Assembly: GCF_037042905.1 (NCBI RefSeq)
Contig: NC_087251.1
Span: forward strand, 14,572,001 to 14,636,000
Source of the DNA: Lytechinus pictus
Taxonomy: Eukaryota
Length of the DNA: 64,000 nt
Direction of reading: 5' to 3'
Shown here: one piece after another, positions 44,121-57,187 of the stretch
Position numbering within the stretch: the stretch's first letter is position 1
Layout: each line of letters starts with the position of its first letter
The notes under the pieces: model-generated
Database searches by the model: none
What the model was told of the DNA's origin: nothing
The model's input: only the letters and a program-made list of their open reading frames with translations
Made by a program: the position numbers and the translations under genes

Positions 44121-44713
44121 GGGGGTACCCTGGGCTAAAAAAAAAAACAGATAAAGAAAAATCATAAGAACAAAACCCTGAAAATTTGATCGAAATCGGA
44201 CAAGGAATTACAAAGATATGGCATTTTAAAGATTTGCATTATTCCGGTGAAACAGTTCAAGGCATGCCTTCATGAATATTCAATTGATGAGCAAACTGAT
44301 GGTATCATATCCTCACATGCTCTTTTGTATTTATGAAATTAGATTCATTCAATTTTTTTTCTACCATGAACTTAAATTGGATTGACAACTGATAAAGGGC
44401 ATTATGCATTCATTGCTGCAATTTATATCTTTTAAGGGAAACATATCATTCACACATGTATGAAAAAAAATGAAACAAAATTATGATTTCATGTAATAAC
44501 ATAAGAAAAGGAAAGTGGGGATGTGACATCATCAGCCCATCTAATGAAGATTCGTGATAGCGTGCATCTAAATATTTTCACAAAATATTGCTAAATTTAA
44601 AAATTCAATAACTTCGTTATTTGCTATCCGATTTTGATGAAATTTGCAGCATTTTGCTTTGTGAATTTTACTCTATTTATTCAGATTGAATATTTTTAGC
44701 CCAGAGTACCCCT
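44121..44713. mobile_element. Kolobok-like MITE (related subfamily)
   Basis: ttaa|GGGGGTACCCTGGGCTAAAA ... TTTTAGCCCAGAGTACCCCT|ataa. Shares the aaatttcatcaaaatcgga-type subterminal motif with 13459-14058. Confidence 0.75.
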
Positions 44714-45092
44714 ATAAGAACCAGGCCGGGTTTGAGTAGTTGATGACGTGAGGGGTTGCTATACAAGGCTGCTAGGTCGTCCTGCATGGTTTTAAACAAA
44801 TAACGTTATCTTAATAATTAATGTTTCAGCGCAAGTTGCTCCTGAAATTTTCCCTAATAGCTTGGACAGTGCTTTACCCTACACCAATATATCCATCAAT
44901 TATTAGATTTATCATTTATTGACACAAGTCATATTAGATACATCGTAGCATTATTAACATGCAGAGAAAAGAGAAGCAATGTTAAATAGGGTTTGAACAA
45001 AGATTTGAAATTGGTTGAACAGATGGAGTTCAGACTGTGTAACCATAAAGTGTTCCAAAACAGCACTTCAGCCAACAAAACATGAATCTCCT

Positions 45093-45287
45093 CACTCTTA
45101 AAAATGTTGGACAACATACTGTCCATACAACAATTGGTTAAAACTTTATCCAATTCTGGGTAGTTTGAAACCAATAATGTGTGCTTTGGGTGAAAACTAC
45201 ATAGTATTGGATGAAAACTACCCAGAGTTGGATAAATTTTTAACCAATTGTTGTGTGAACAGTTTGTTGCCCAACATTTTATGAGTG
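45093..45287. mobile_element. Second copy of the 18954-19117 palindromic MITE family
   Basis: Same CACTCTTAAAAATGTTGG terminus and internal aaactacccagagttg motif. Confidence 0.8.
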
Positions 45288-45327
45288 CGTAGTAGAAATA
45301 TAATGGTTTTAATAAAGTATGCCTTCA

Positions 45328-45575
45328 TTTTTTGCCTCGCATCCATAGCAGAATGAGACTATAGGCACTGCTTTTACGACGGCACGGCAGCGTTGTCAAT
45401 GTTGAAATTTCATCCAGGTTTAAGTTATTTTGAAATGACATCATAACTTGTAAAGTTTATGGACCACGTTCATGAAACGTAAAATAAGGATAATCAAGTA
45501 TTACTGATCATCTTTCATGAGCTTCAGATCACGTGACAAAGGTCAAATGCCATTTAGGGTTAATTAACTGTGACC
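45328..45575 (+). repeat. Interspersed repeat fragment, possibly Helentron/HINE-like
   Basis: ttttgcctcgc...gagactataggc...gacggcacggcagcg...caaaggtcaa pattern, recognised from memory only. Confidence 0.35.
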
Positions 45576-45960
45576 ATTACAATAAATGACATGCTGTTAG
45601 ATTCCAAAATAGTCAAATAGATCAGAAATTAACCACATTTTGTTTTGGATCACATGCAGTGCAGACGAAAATGAATTTATTGAACCGTGCACAAAATGAT
45701 GTTCAACCGGAAATGTTGGTTTTTTAGATTTAAATAGCAATTATTAATACTCTTTGAATGTATGTTAGACCTCACTCATAACAGGAGTTCTCCTCCTAGT
45801 GTAGGTAAGAAACAATATTAATATTAATACTGTCTTTTTAGTAACCCATTCGTTCCTAAATATTTTCTTTGCGTGATCCCCTTTCATATCTAAGGCACAC
45901 CATCATATCAACTTAACAACTTAACTTAACACCTTATCCTGACGTATAAAAAGATATGTA

Positions 45961-46112
45961 ACCTCCTCTCTCTCATCCTTTCACTCCCTCTCTTTCCTCT
46001 CTACCTCTCTCGTCTTCTTCTCCTTCCTCTCTTCCTTCTCTCTTTCTCTCTTTCTCTCTTTCGTTCTCTCTCTCCCTCTCTATTTTCATGTACATTACTC
46101 TATTCCCAGCAG
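45961..46112 (+). promoter_or_regulatory. Polypyrimidine tract and tandem CAGCAG (NAGNAG) splice acceptor ahead of the GPA2 start exon
   Basis: About 125 nt CT-rich tract followed by tattccCAGCAG (46107-46112), implying an unlocated upstream non-coding exon. A TATAAAA near 45946 is an alternative promoter reading. Confidence 0.55.
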
Positions 46113-46236
46113 ACGTCGTCAAGCACACTCTGGTTCGATGTACTAGGGAGAGTTTGTCCCCTAGGACTAGGTGAACACGTTGGGATTGCTGGAAGTTAGA
46201 GCGGACGTGTCAGTCTCCCCCATCGATGATACCGTG

Positions 46237-46348
46237 ATGAAGTCTGAAGTGTTAGTGGTCTACGCAGCTTTTCTCGTGACAGCTATCGCCCTAGCCACAG
46301 CAAGACAGCCACTTCAGCCCTGGCAACGCCCTGGCTGCCATCTTGTTG
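46237..46348 (+). CDS. GPA2: Glycoprotein hormone alpha-2 (GPA2/thyrostimulin alpha-like), coding exon 1: signal peptide and start of cystine knot
   Basis: ATG at 46237 with an in-frame TAG upstream (46168-70). Encodes MKSEVLVVYAAFLVTAIALATA|RQPLQPWQRPGCHLVG: hydrophobic signal peptide then the WxxPGCHLVG motif typical of invertebrate GPA2. Phase-1 donor G|GTAAGG at 46349. Confidence 0.93.
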
Positions 46349-46778
46349 GTAAGGCCATGTAAACAATAAGGGTCGTACTCATGTGGGAGAGAAAGGTCAA
46401 TGTGATCAAAAAGTAAATATGCCTTGCACTCCAGTTAACTTGAACAGACAAAAACCAACATTTCCGCAAAAGACATAAAAACTTCTTCGACATGCTTTAC
46501 CCGCCCCTCTTTCACCCTTTCATGATGTAAGACTAATTTACCCGTGTTTTTTGTTTCTATTTCCAGTTTTAGAAATTTGTTTACATGAGAGCAGATATCA
46601 AGATAATTTATCATGGTGGCCGAAAAACTTGTAAAAAACATATTCAAAAGGAATTATAAAAAATGAAATAAAACGAATATTTTTAAATTAGTATTTTCCT
46701 AATTTTGACTAGCAAATTCCAATATTATAGATGGAATTATACGATTAAAATCCTATCCCTGCCACTTAGGTGCGTCGT

Positions 46779-47751
46779 ATGTTGCACCACAAATTGTCGC
46801 CCCTGCAAAAATTGTCACCCCGCGACAATATGTGCAAAATTGTCAACCGTGCACAAATTGTCGCCTCATTTAGGCGACAATTTGTGGAGGAGGGGACACC
46901 ACATATTGTCGCCCCATTTCACTTAACACTTAACAAACGAACAACACAGGTCATGTAGAGTTGCAAATGCAATTAGACCATTTGGCTATTAAACGAATTG
47001 GTCATTAGACTAGACCAAATGAGAATTTGACCAAGCAGGCCTATATATTAGACCAATTGCAAATTAGACCAATTAGTAGACCAAATGGTTTAAGCCCATG
47101 TGTTATTAGACAAATGAAGAATTAATCCAACCGTTGTTAGACCAAGTGGATAAAAACCGATTTTTAACGGGCTCAGCTGCTATTCTCTAAATTAGCCTCC
47201 CCAAAGGTAAATTGCCAGTTGGTCTTAACCCGATTTTACTAATGGCCGTTTAGCCTTATCCTATACATGGCCTAATTCCATTTCGTCTACAACCAGTTTT
47301 ACCTTTTGCCTATTTACTATTCCGTCTAATTTTCATATGGTCTAATATTTATTTGGTCTAACACTACCTGGTCAATTCCTGTAACATACTGGAAATATTT
47401 ATTTGGAATTTAGACGAAAAGGAGATTAGACCATTTGGCTGTTTGACCCATCAATTATATTCGACCAAGTCCTATACATTAGACCAAGTGGTAATTAGAC
47501 CAAACTGTTACTGGAGCAAATGGGTTAAGCTCGTGTGGTATTAGACGATCAGAGAATTTGACCAACTGCTACTGCTAGACCAAGTGGATATAACCCCCCC
47601 CCAAAAAAAAAAAAAATGATAACAGTAATAAATAATAATACACACATATACACACGTTCACACACACACACCCCACGCACACACAAACACAACATTCACC
47701 TCTAACACGAGACGACAATTTGTGCAGGGACGACAGGTTGTGGTGCAACAT
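46779..47751. mobile_element. TIR element with caaattgtcg motifs and a nested TAGACCAA-array repeat (GPA2 intron)
   Basis: atgttgcaccacaaattgtcgcccctgca / tgcagggacgacaggttgtggtgcaacat. Many tagaccaa/ttggtcta motifs across 46970-47590. Confidence 0.65.
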
Positions 47752-48000
47752 CGTTTCTAAAGATAAAAGGCTAAAGATAATCGTTCGACACATCCAATTC
47801 GATTTTTTTTTTTTTTGATATTGCTGTTTGACAAAAGTGTATGAATATAATTCAAAATCAAACGCTGATTCTAGAAATGGTAACTACTGAACTTCCCTTG
47901 CCCAAATTGTTTCAGTTTCAGTTGATAAATTTGATCCTATCATAGTTATCTTCATAAATGGCGATTTATTTTTAAAATGAGCTGGCTACGATACCCTTCT

Positions 48001-48151
48001 CAGGGGCCCGTTGCAGAAAGAGTTGCAATCAAACGCAACTTCAAAAATAATGCGTAACTTGATTTTCAACCAATCAACAGCGCGCATTTGGGACTTGCGA
48101 TTGATATTTTGACTTGCGTTTAAAAGCAACTCTTTCTGCAACGGACCCCTG
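48001..48151. mobile_element. Short palindromic MITE
   Basis: CAGGGGCCCGTTGCAGAAAGAGTTGC ... GCAACTCTTTCTGCAACGGACCCCTG. Possible degenerate relatives at about 11288-11428 and 49912-50127. Confidence 0.8.
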
Positions 48152-48423
48152 GTCAGAAATTGAATGTCAGATATATATCTTATCCAATGGTAGTAAACAT
48201 TCGACCCTCTAATTTCACGTTTATTTTTGATTAATTTTTCAAAAGTGCCATTTTAACACACAAGTCTATGGGGAATGTTTTACGCGCGTGGAACCACATA
48301 TTGCTGCGCTTTGGCAAATACACTACAAATGGAAGACTGGGCACTCAATAGAGCGCGTAATGAAACGCTTGGGAAGAGCGCCCTACAACGTTGAGTAAGT
48401 AGACCTTCGCGTATCGCGATTTA

Positions 48424-48554
48424 TAATAATAATAATATTCCGCATTTATATAGCGCTTAACACATCTGAACGACGTCTCTAAGCGCTTTACAGATATATC
48501 ATTACCCCGGTCATCGGATCCTTGCATGCCCGCATACAATGTATGCACCTTCTC
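48424..48554 (-). mobile_element. L2-type LINE/SINE 3' tail
   Basis: Minus strand tgtaaagcgcttagag...aagcgctatataaat...(TAT)n, a stem-loop plus short tandem tail. Confidence 0.55.
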
Positions 48555-48690
48555 CAGGGGCCGCGGAACGGTTTTCAAAGTGGGGGGGCTGAGCCAAAAG
48601 TGGGGGGGGGGCTGACCATGCAAAAAATCACAATCATATGGTCATTTTTACGTTTTTGTACATGGTTTTGGAAAAAAGTGGGGGGCTGAA
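48555..48690 (+). mobile_element. Truncated hAT-like MITE end
   Basis: CAGGGGCCGCGGAAC followed by repeated aaagtgggggggctga. No partner TIR seen. Confidence 0.5.
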
Positions 48691-51600
48691 GCAAACTCAT
48701 AATGTATACGCGTATAATGGGAGGAAAGTCATTTTAAGAGATAGAAAAATAGAAAGAGGCTTATACCGAGAAACACATACTACCCAGCTCTTTAAGAAGC
48801 ATATAAACCTTAAATGCCAAAGCATTCCCAATAATCATGATAATGATATTTAACCCAGGTTAATGTTTCGGGGAATAGGTGTGTTACAGAGGTTAAATGA
48901 GCCATCGTAGCAGGCTCCAACATCACGTCCAAGTAATTGCTTTACCCCGGGAATTATTCCGATGGGTGGTACTGTATATACTTATGTTGCCTAATACATA
49001 CATTGAATATGTTTCGTATTTGCAAATGCTATTAAAGCATCCAATGTTGCCGAGCTTGATAAAAATGGCCTATGCTGAAACCGATGTCATAGCACTTCTA
49101 CTCATGTCATTAGTCTTGACAGTAATCTTTGCAATTGCAGAGAAAGTGTACTCCATTGTAAGTGATACTTCGGGTCCATTAAAATACGTACTGTTTGACT
49201 TCAAACACGCATGGTCCTTACAGAAAGGTTTGTCTTTTCAACAAGTATTAGTATAAATGAAGCTACGTCGGAAGAAATGTTCGTTACAGTACAGTTTCAT
49301 ATCTCCTGTTGTTAGGAAGATCCAGGGGGTTTTAAAGTTTTGAAGGATAATTCCAGTAAATAAATATTTCCAGGAATGTTCTAGGATGTTTGAAGGTTCC
49401 ATGAATGCGTTCCAAACTGATAATAGGGAATTAATGTACACAAACCGTTAATAAATTATCACTAAGTAAACGCATACTTGATATATTTCTCGCTCGCTTG
49501 CTCGGATTTCTTGCAATTTGAATAAGAAGTTGAAAGTTGAACAGAAATATTAAAAAAAGAAGTTGAAAGTTGAAGTTGGAATTCCAAAGTGAGGGGCGTC
49601 AGAAATGACATTAAACTCCACAACAACAAAATAAATGACAATCGAAGCAACTTTCCAACATATTAGGATGATTCAATTTGAAAAGTGTGATTGCAGTAAC
49701 AATATTCCAGAATCTGAATACAATATCAGTATTTTTACAAGAAGGTGCTTTTTGTTGGTGATGGAAATACTATTCGTACTCTATAATCCAGTTAATGTCA
49801 CCAAACTCTCAATCCTCACCTGGAGTGTCATTGACCTTGCACAAAATGAATCTTAAGTACTGTCGCGTCAGTTATTCATCCAAAACTGATATATTTCAGA
49901 AAGCACACTTAGGGACTGTTGCGAGAAAATATTTGCAATCAATTGCAAATATTATGTTGCAATTTTACAATTGATAGATCCATTTTATCTGCAGCAAATT
50001 AGATTACACTCACTGTTGGAAGAAACAGACCAGGAACCAATCATAAATTCACAACTAGACATATCAATGATTTAGGGACTGAAAATAGACTTGCAATTTA
50101 TTGATCGCAAGTTTCTTGCAACATCCCACATGCAGGCACTCTATTCTATTAAATAGATTCTCGGAGATATTTCCAGAAAACACATGTTTTGTAATTAAAT
50201 GAAACAGCTAGAGTAACAAATTACTTCTTCACCAAGATATCAATACTAAGATTCTGCACGAAGGGTTGGTTAGAGATATAAAAACAAAATTTATTAAATG
50301 CACTGTTGCCGTATATTATATGGATATGCAGTTCAAAATGTTTAGATAAAACGTCAATCCAATTGTGTTGCTAAATGGTTTAAATGTTTCAAAACATAAT
50401 AAAGAAGTTTATTTCTATAAAACTGAATTGCATAGTTTCTATTTGTTAGTACCCCTGGTTAGATTCTACTGTGTGTTGAATCCGACAAATTCAACGAAGA
50501 AAAAGCCTTAAACAATAATCTTCAACATTATAGAAAGTCAATGTTACTTGCTGCCGGATATCGTATACTGGAGATTTCGCACCTGTAAAACAATTATTGG
50601 CATTATGATTGATATATCTGAATCCACAGAGGAAGTTACGATCCGTCAAACTTCCTTTCAAAACGGGTCAATATTTCAGTGAGAGTAGAACAAACACGAC
50701 ACTGTGTTTTTTCCTTCATATTATATTTGATATCCCCTGACATGTTAAATATCATTCACCCATGAACATCCGCCTCCCAACAACATGTCATTTCGTTTTT
50801 CTCACCCCTCATCAACATTGCATGACATAGATGTCATTGTAAAATACTTGTTTATGTTTACATCTTACCTTCATTTCGCTTATCCGTGATGTCTTATTGT
50901 CTTAAGTGATAAGCCCAAGACATTTCTTTCGGTAGACTGTCATCCTAGAACGATGATGTTTTCGCAATTTTGTCATGGTTTATCATGTTCATAATTGACT
51001 GAACAGTGCTTTGACTGACATTTGTTTACTGTATCGGAGCAAAGATTCAATATTGATATCCATCTTGATTAATTCACTGTGATCGTAAATTGTAAATAAT
51101 GAGATTTTTTGCATGTCTCGAAATTATTTCTCATGAAATTCGAAACGGTATTTGTTTGAAAACAAGAAAATATATCATCACTAAGAGCTAAAGCTTATAC
51201 ATTTTACCCACGCATGCAGGTTCACTTTGCTTTCCAAAATGACTGCACTATACCTTAATCATAATAGATGTGGCACAAATGAAACTTACGCAGGATCGTT
51301 TATGTCATATTAATCACAACAATTATAATCCTAGCTAATTCAAGGTAATTCATGCCATTGATAACGTTTGAAAAACATATTGGTGTAGCAAATAAACGGT
51401 TGCCCCTTAGCAGACACACAGAACTGTAATGCATTGTGAAGAATTTAAAGTGAAGCAACAAACAGAAAAGGGTTTGATCCCTCAGAAGTTTGAATAAAAG
51501 TAATGACCTTATGCTGCTTAAGGAATACCTATTCCTACATCAATATGAGGACATGAGAGTAAATGACTAAATTATTGCTCCTAGCTGACCCGTTTCCGAG

Positions 51601-52333
51601 GGGAATGTCGGGGGTAATGACCAAACTGTTGTTTATCTTAAAATACTATTAACGTTCAGGACGTGGTGCATGATGAATGCAATTATACATGTAGATCTCT
51701 AATTGTTCAAATGTCAAAATATTGTACCTGAGCATAGTATGGAGAGTGAAATATATCGAAAGAATTCGATTCTCTGTGATCATCTTGAGGCTTTTATAGA
51801 TATAACTTTTACATCATGAGGATATTTAAAAAATAATGTTATTTTCTTTTCAAACTGGTGCATGAAGAAGATGACCGGTCTGAAAGCGTACATATTTTTA
51901 TATCTTATATATTTTTTTATTTTTTTATTTTTTGTCTATATTATTTTATACAGATATCAACTCCATGTTTCTTTTATTTGACCTAGTCTTAGAAAGAATA
52001 TCCCTTCCCCCAAATCACCATTTTCATATTACTAAATTATTTTATAATTTTCATAATCATATAATAATAACCTGTAACTATCCACACAGAATATCATCTA
52101 ATAAATCTCTCAAAGTATCCGGTTACATCATTCTTTGAGTTTATTTAAATGTAATTTTAATCCTGAACGTGTGACAAATATTATATTACGTGTATTTTCA
52201 TAAATGAGTATATAAAGACGTTTCAATTACGTTTCTTTGTTTTTACGCGTGACAAAACTAATCTAATGTCATACGTCCCACCAACGCCAGTATTTTGTAA
52301 GTATCGGTAGATGCTTTTTTACAAAAAAAATCT

Positions 52334-52497
52334 CTAAATCAAAATTAAACAATGTTCTACATATTGAAATACTGAATAACAACAAACGGCGTTTTATATA
52401 TCAATATGTATAGTCCCTAAATCAAAATTCAAAAATATTTTACATATTGAAATACTGAATAACAAACAAACGGCGTTTTATATATCAATATGTATAA
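52334..52497. repeat. About 83-bp tandem duplication next to the GPA2 exon 2 acceptor
   Basis: ctaaatcaaaatt...tacatattgaaatactgaataac...aaacggcgttttatatatcaatatgtata occurs twice. Confidence 0.9.
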
Positions 52498-52516
52498 TTG
52501 TTATCTTTCAATACAG

Positions 52517-52695
52517 GATTTACACAAAAGGTGAAGATACCCGGATGTTATGTGGAGATGGTAGCCATGAATGCATGCAGAGGATTCTGTAACTCTTACT
52601 CCTACACAAGCGGATGGGCCACTTTAGTAGCCAGTCATGGAAGACAAAAGTTTACCACATACGGCAGGTGTTGTGCCATTAAAGATACACATGAT
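52517..52695 (+). CDS. GPA2: GPA2 coding exon 2
   Basis: Acceptor ttatctttcaatacAG, phase matches exon 1 (G+GA=Gly). Encodes GFTQKVKIPGCYVEMVAMNACRGFCNSYSYTSGWATLVASHGRQKFTTYGRCCAIKDTHD, with the NACRGFC (CxGxC) and CC motifs. Phase-0 donor GTGAGT at 52696. Confidence 0.95.
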
Positions 52696-53916
52696 GTGAG
52701 TCTCATTTAGAACCAACTCGATAAACCTTTTTTTCTTTGATTTACGAGAAGTCATACATGTAGAATTGCATACTTTGAGTTATTTATTATGTTATATTTT
52801 AAGCGAGAGTTCTGTGCTGCCCCGTTTTAACCCACGGTGTAATTTTAATTATTTTCTTGTGAAATTAATACTTACCACGGTTTGGGCCATTTGAACGTAG
52901 AATTTCCTACAAACTTCAAATGAAAACTAAATTTTCAAAGCCCAATTGGTGACTTTATCCATGGACCAAAAATTATCATTAAAATCATGTTTATTAGTTT
53001 TAAAAAGCCATTTCCTCAGAAAATAAAGTTTTTATCTGCAAATTCAATATTACATCAGACATATTATATCGTACACGTTTCTGCAACATCGATAATCTAT
53101 TGTCAAAAACCCTTCATGACAAAGCAGTCTTTGTCGAAAATCGGTGAATCAAAACAGAATTTTCGTCCTCTACTAGATACAAACTATAGCTCAGAATCTT
53201 ACGACGATCAACTGTCCCGGTTCACCAATTTTCGACAAAGAACTCTCGGCTGTTTAATTGTGACTTGACGGGCATTGTCAATATATTTTCAATGTTCTGT
53301 AATCTGACCCCGTCGCGATTCCGAAAACATGCTATTAGAAATGTATGAGCCTTTTATCGCATGTTAGGTGATTAAATCCATGAGCGGACAAAGTTGGATT
53401 GCCCCGTTAAGTGAAATGGAAGCATAGAAATAATGCTAACTCGAAATATATATATCATAATTAGTTTTGGAGTAGACCCATTTCCCATCCAGCAGGTATA
53501 AATATTTATGTTCTACTGCATGCATTTTAAGTTTTGCATTCTTAGAATATATATGTGTCTGTATATATATATATATATATAGATATGTATGAAGTATATC
53601 CTGTGAATTCAACCAATAATTTGACGACTAATGTCCCAAAGGAATGTTAGCTGTCACCGCATGACCCCTATTTATTTGGGTCGAATAAACATATACAGGG
53701 ACGGGCCTAACATTATACCAGTACAATTCAAATAATAGTATAAAGTAACTATGGATACATGTTAGAGAAATGGGATATATTTCGTATATTTCCATCTGAG
53801 GAAAGCTACCAATTCATTCTTGGTAAGACGAAAACATCTCAAATCGTCCATCTATGAGTGCACCGTATATTTGATTAGTTTTTTTTTTCTTTTATCTTTT
53901 TGTTTTCTTTCTACAG

Positions 53917-54018
53917 GTACACGTACTTTTAGAATGTGAAAACAACATCAGAAAACGAGTCACGTTTCGTTCGGCGGCAAGTTGCGAATGCAGTTTATGT
54001 AACATAGAGAACGATTGA
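53917..54018 (+). CDS. GPA2: GPA2 coding exon 3 (terminal)
   Basis: Long polypyrimidine tract plus ctacAG. Encodes VHVLLECENNIRKRVTFRSAASCECSLCNIEND*, with the CxCxxC end. The spliced protein is 130 aa with 10 Cys. Not present in the ORF track. Confidence 0.95.
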   Translation, partial: VHVLLECENNIRKRVTFRSAASCECSLCNIEND

Positions 54019-55037
54019 TGACCATAATGTAGAGCAGACCAATTTATTTTATTTTCTTTTATGTCATATTTCACAAATTGTCAACAAAATACCCCATATT
54101 CAATAAGCTTTTTTTTTCAAAGGTAATTTGAACCAATTTTCACCAGAAATTCAATTTGTAGAATTTCATTGGGGATTAAGAAACTACAGAACGTCATCAT
54201 GTAAATGTTTTTTTTTTGTATGTATGTGCTTATATCGCATTAATGAAAGTATCAGTACTTAAATATATGTTATCTATTGACAAAAATGCATTAGTGTCAC
54301 ACTGCCTATTTATTAATATGTAAAGATTTGTTTTCATTCTATCCATTAATATTTTCAACGAGACATATAAATACTGATAGATCGTACATACGATAATGGC
54401 AGTAACAAGTCTGGAACAAAAAGAAGATTAGTTCACATTTTTATGGAATGCATGGTACTTTTCTTTCTGATTCAATATTTCAAACAAAAATAGCATCCAT
54501 AATTCGTTTTAGACATTCATTTTTACTCATACCACTGATTTCTATTCATTTCATTGCAAACTCTTACCTTTTATTGCAAACTTTTACCTTTATGACAATT
54601 TTTACCGAATAATTAGAATAATTTTGTAGTTAGTGAGATAATTCGGAACTAGCATTCTACAAAGTTGCAGTTTAGCTGAACATATAGTTTTAATTTCATC
54701 AATGTATTATACATGTAGTTTTGTACTGTACATTGTATATATACATATTACGCTACCCAAAGGGATAGAGAAATCAAATTTGATTATATTTGAGATTTCC
54801 TAACACTAGCAAATTTGTGGCGACACTTTGTCTATACGCATATGAAAAAAGGTTTCTGTTTGCTTGTTTCTTTGTAGGAGCTGGGGGCGAGAAATATTTC
54901 ACATAGTAATATAATACGAGGTATATATTTTACTGCAGATAATTAGAATAGCATATAAATTGTAGTCCAGATGCACGACTTTTCTGAAATTATTCCAGTC
55001 TGCTGGTTTTTCATCATCGAATTGAATTCTGACTATA

Positions 55038-57187
55038 CAGGGCGTATAAAAAGTGTAATTCAAGAATTCAAATCTAGATGGCTGATTGAGATTACTGAAT
55101 AACTCAATTTAAATTTCCCGTAATATGAAAGAGTAATTCGCCATCCTTATATTGGTACCTACTCGTACTACCTGCACCATGCATGATTGGGTTGATTAAT
55201 CTGGAAGACAACAGGTACAGATTTTGACGGGTTTGCAAAAATGGGAGAAGTTAATAAAAAGCAAGAAGTAAGTCAAGAAAATCAACTTTGTCAGCATTGC
55301 ACTTATTCGTATAGCATACACAAGGGAAAAAATAATGTCGGTTTACAAAGATATCACTCAGGAGGGGCATCAGTGAAGGGTGCCATCCGCGGGTCCCATA
55401 TTGATCATAACGCGTTTGTTAGATCTAAACGGCTTCGCAAGCGTACATCGACCTACTATTTTAATAGCAAGTGGTTTTACAATTTAATACTATTTGTTGA
55501 TTGTCAACAGGATTCGATTTTGTTGAAATGACGGTTTTACATCTATGGGATTAAATGTTTAATCGGATTGCCATAAGTATGTCGTCGTACGATTGCTAAA
55601 TCGCCCAGGTGAATGTTTCATGAAGCTGTTCGTAAGTTAAAAAGCATCTTTAAGAACGACTGGTGATTCTTTTTAATGGTAATTAATACACACCAGATTT
55701 CCATCGGCGTTGATTTAGTTCATAAAAAAGGGCAAACAGCCGTTCGTAAAATCGTTCGTAACTAAAGCCCCTTTCACAATTGACGTACGACCATTTGCGA
55801 CCTTTTGGTCGTGCGACAGGCTGCAACAGGCATCAATCGCTAGTCATCTCATAAGATCGCACAGAGGCTTTCACAGTTGCAACAGCTGTCGTACAACAAA
55901 TACAACCAGTAAACCCCGTTGCACGAGTAAGTTGCATATGCTCTTATTGTGCTCGTGCGATCACATGCGAGTGTTGCACGAGGGATTGTGAGTGGAACGG
56001 TCGCATACATGCGAATGAAACGGTAGTGCAATGTTGTAAGCCGTTGCGATCGGTCTTGCAACAGTCTTATGGCCCATATTATTATCGCAACCAGTCGCAA
56101 GACAGGTCTCTGTACATGTAGGTCGCTTGCACATGTGCAAGCGTTGCACGACCTCCAGTCAAGTAAATGCGACTACTTAGTTGTGCCACCTCTCGCACCA
56201 AGTCGTACAACGTTGAACAACACTCGCACGATGGTCGCCCGACCGATGGTACGACCCCGGGTACGGCCTGATGCGAGTGAATCGATCGTATTTGATCGTG
56301 TTCGGATTTTGAACATGTTCAAAGTTCAGATGCGACCAGTCACGACCACCTCGAGTTCGTGCGACCGTCTACAACGACTGCGAGTGCTCGCAAGACACCA
56401 AGAGATCGATCGTGCAACAACAAGAAAAAACTGTTGCAGGCGGTCGTAAACTGGTCGGACGTCAATTGTGAAAGGGGCTGAACGGTCGCATACATGCTAA
56501 TGCAACGATATTGGAATGTAGTAAGCCGTAATTTCGATCGGTCTTGCAACAGTCTCATATTATCGCACCCAGTCGCAAGACTGGTTTCTGTAGGTCTGTA
56601 AGTGTTGTACGACCTCCAGTCGACTAAATGCGACTATACTTAGTTGTGTCACCTCTCGCACCAAGTCGTGCAACGTTGAACAACACTCACACGATGATCG
56701 CCCGACCGATGGTACGACCTGTTGCGAGTGAATCAATCGTATTTGATCGCGTTTGGATTTTGAACATGTTCAAATTTCAGATGCGACCAGTCACGATCAC
56801 CTCCGACCACCTCGAGTTTGTGCGATCGTCTACAACGACTGCGAGTGCTCGCAAGACACCAAGGGATCGATCGTGCAACAACAAGAAAAAACTGTTGCAG
56901 GTGGTCGTAAACAGGTCGTACGTCAATTGTGAAAGGGGCTTTACAAACAGCTTTATTAAACACACACCCGGTGTTACAGTCCGTTCACATGCCCAAAGAT
57001 GAAGAGAAATGGAATTCCTATCTGCTTTCTTCGACGTTAATTACCTAATCCACGTGCGGTTTCAAGTAAGGTTTCGATGAAAGTCAAATTGGCGGTACTT
57101 TCATATTTTGTCGGAAAATGTTAATTGTTATAGTAAATATTCTCTAATTTTAGACCTAAAAAATTGGCTATCCTTTTTTACGCACTG
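55038..57187. mobile_element. Old Tc1/mariner-like element hosting nested MITEs
   Basis: TA|CAGGGCGTATAAAAAG ... CTTTTTTACGCACTG|TA. Subterminal similarity between about 55105-55145 and the reverse complement of about 57085-57128. Confidence 0.5.
55766..56940. mobile_element. PIF/Harbinger-like MITE with a tandemly duplicated right half
   Basis: TIR AGCCCCTTTCACAATTGACGTACGACC, TAA/TTA flanks. About 55995-56479 is repeated at 56480-56940, giving two right TIRs. Confidence 0.85.

Noticed and set aside
46171..46236. GTG-initiated N-terminal extension of GPA2 shown in the ORF track
   Set aside because: The ATG at 46237 directly begins the signal peptide, so the GTG start is an ORF-caller artefact.
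55849..57002. Cluster of ORFs on both strands
   Set aside because: They arise from the GC-richer duplicated MITE sequence and show no transposase motif.
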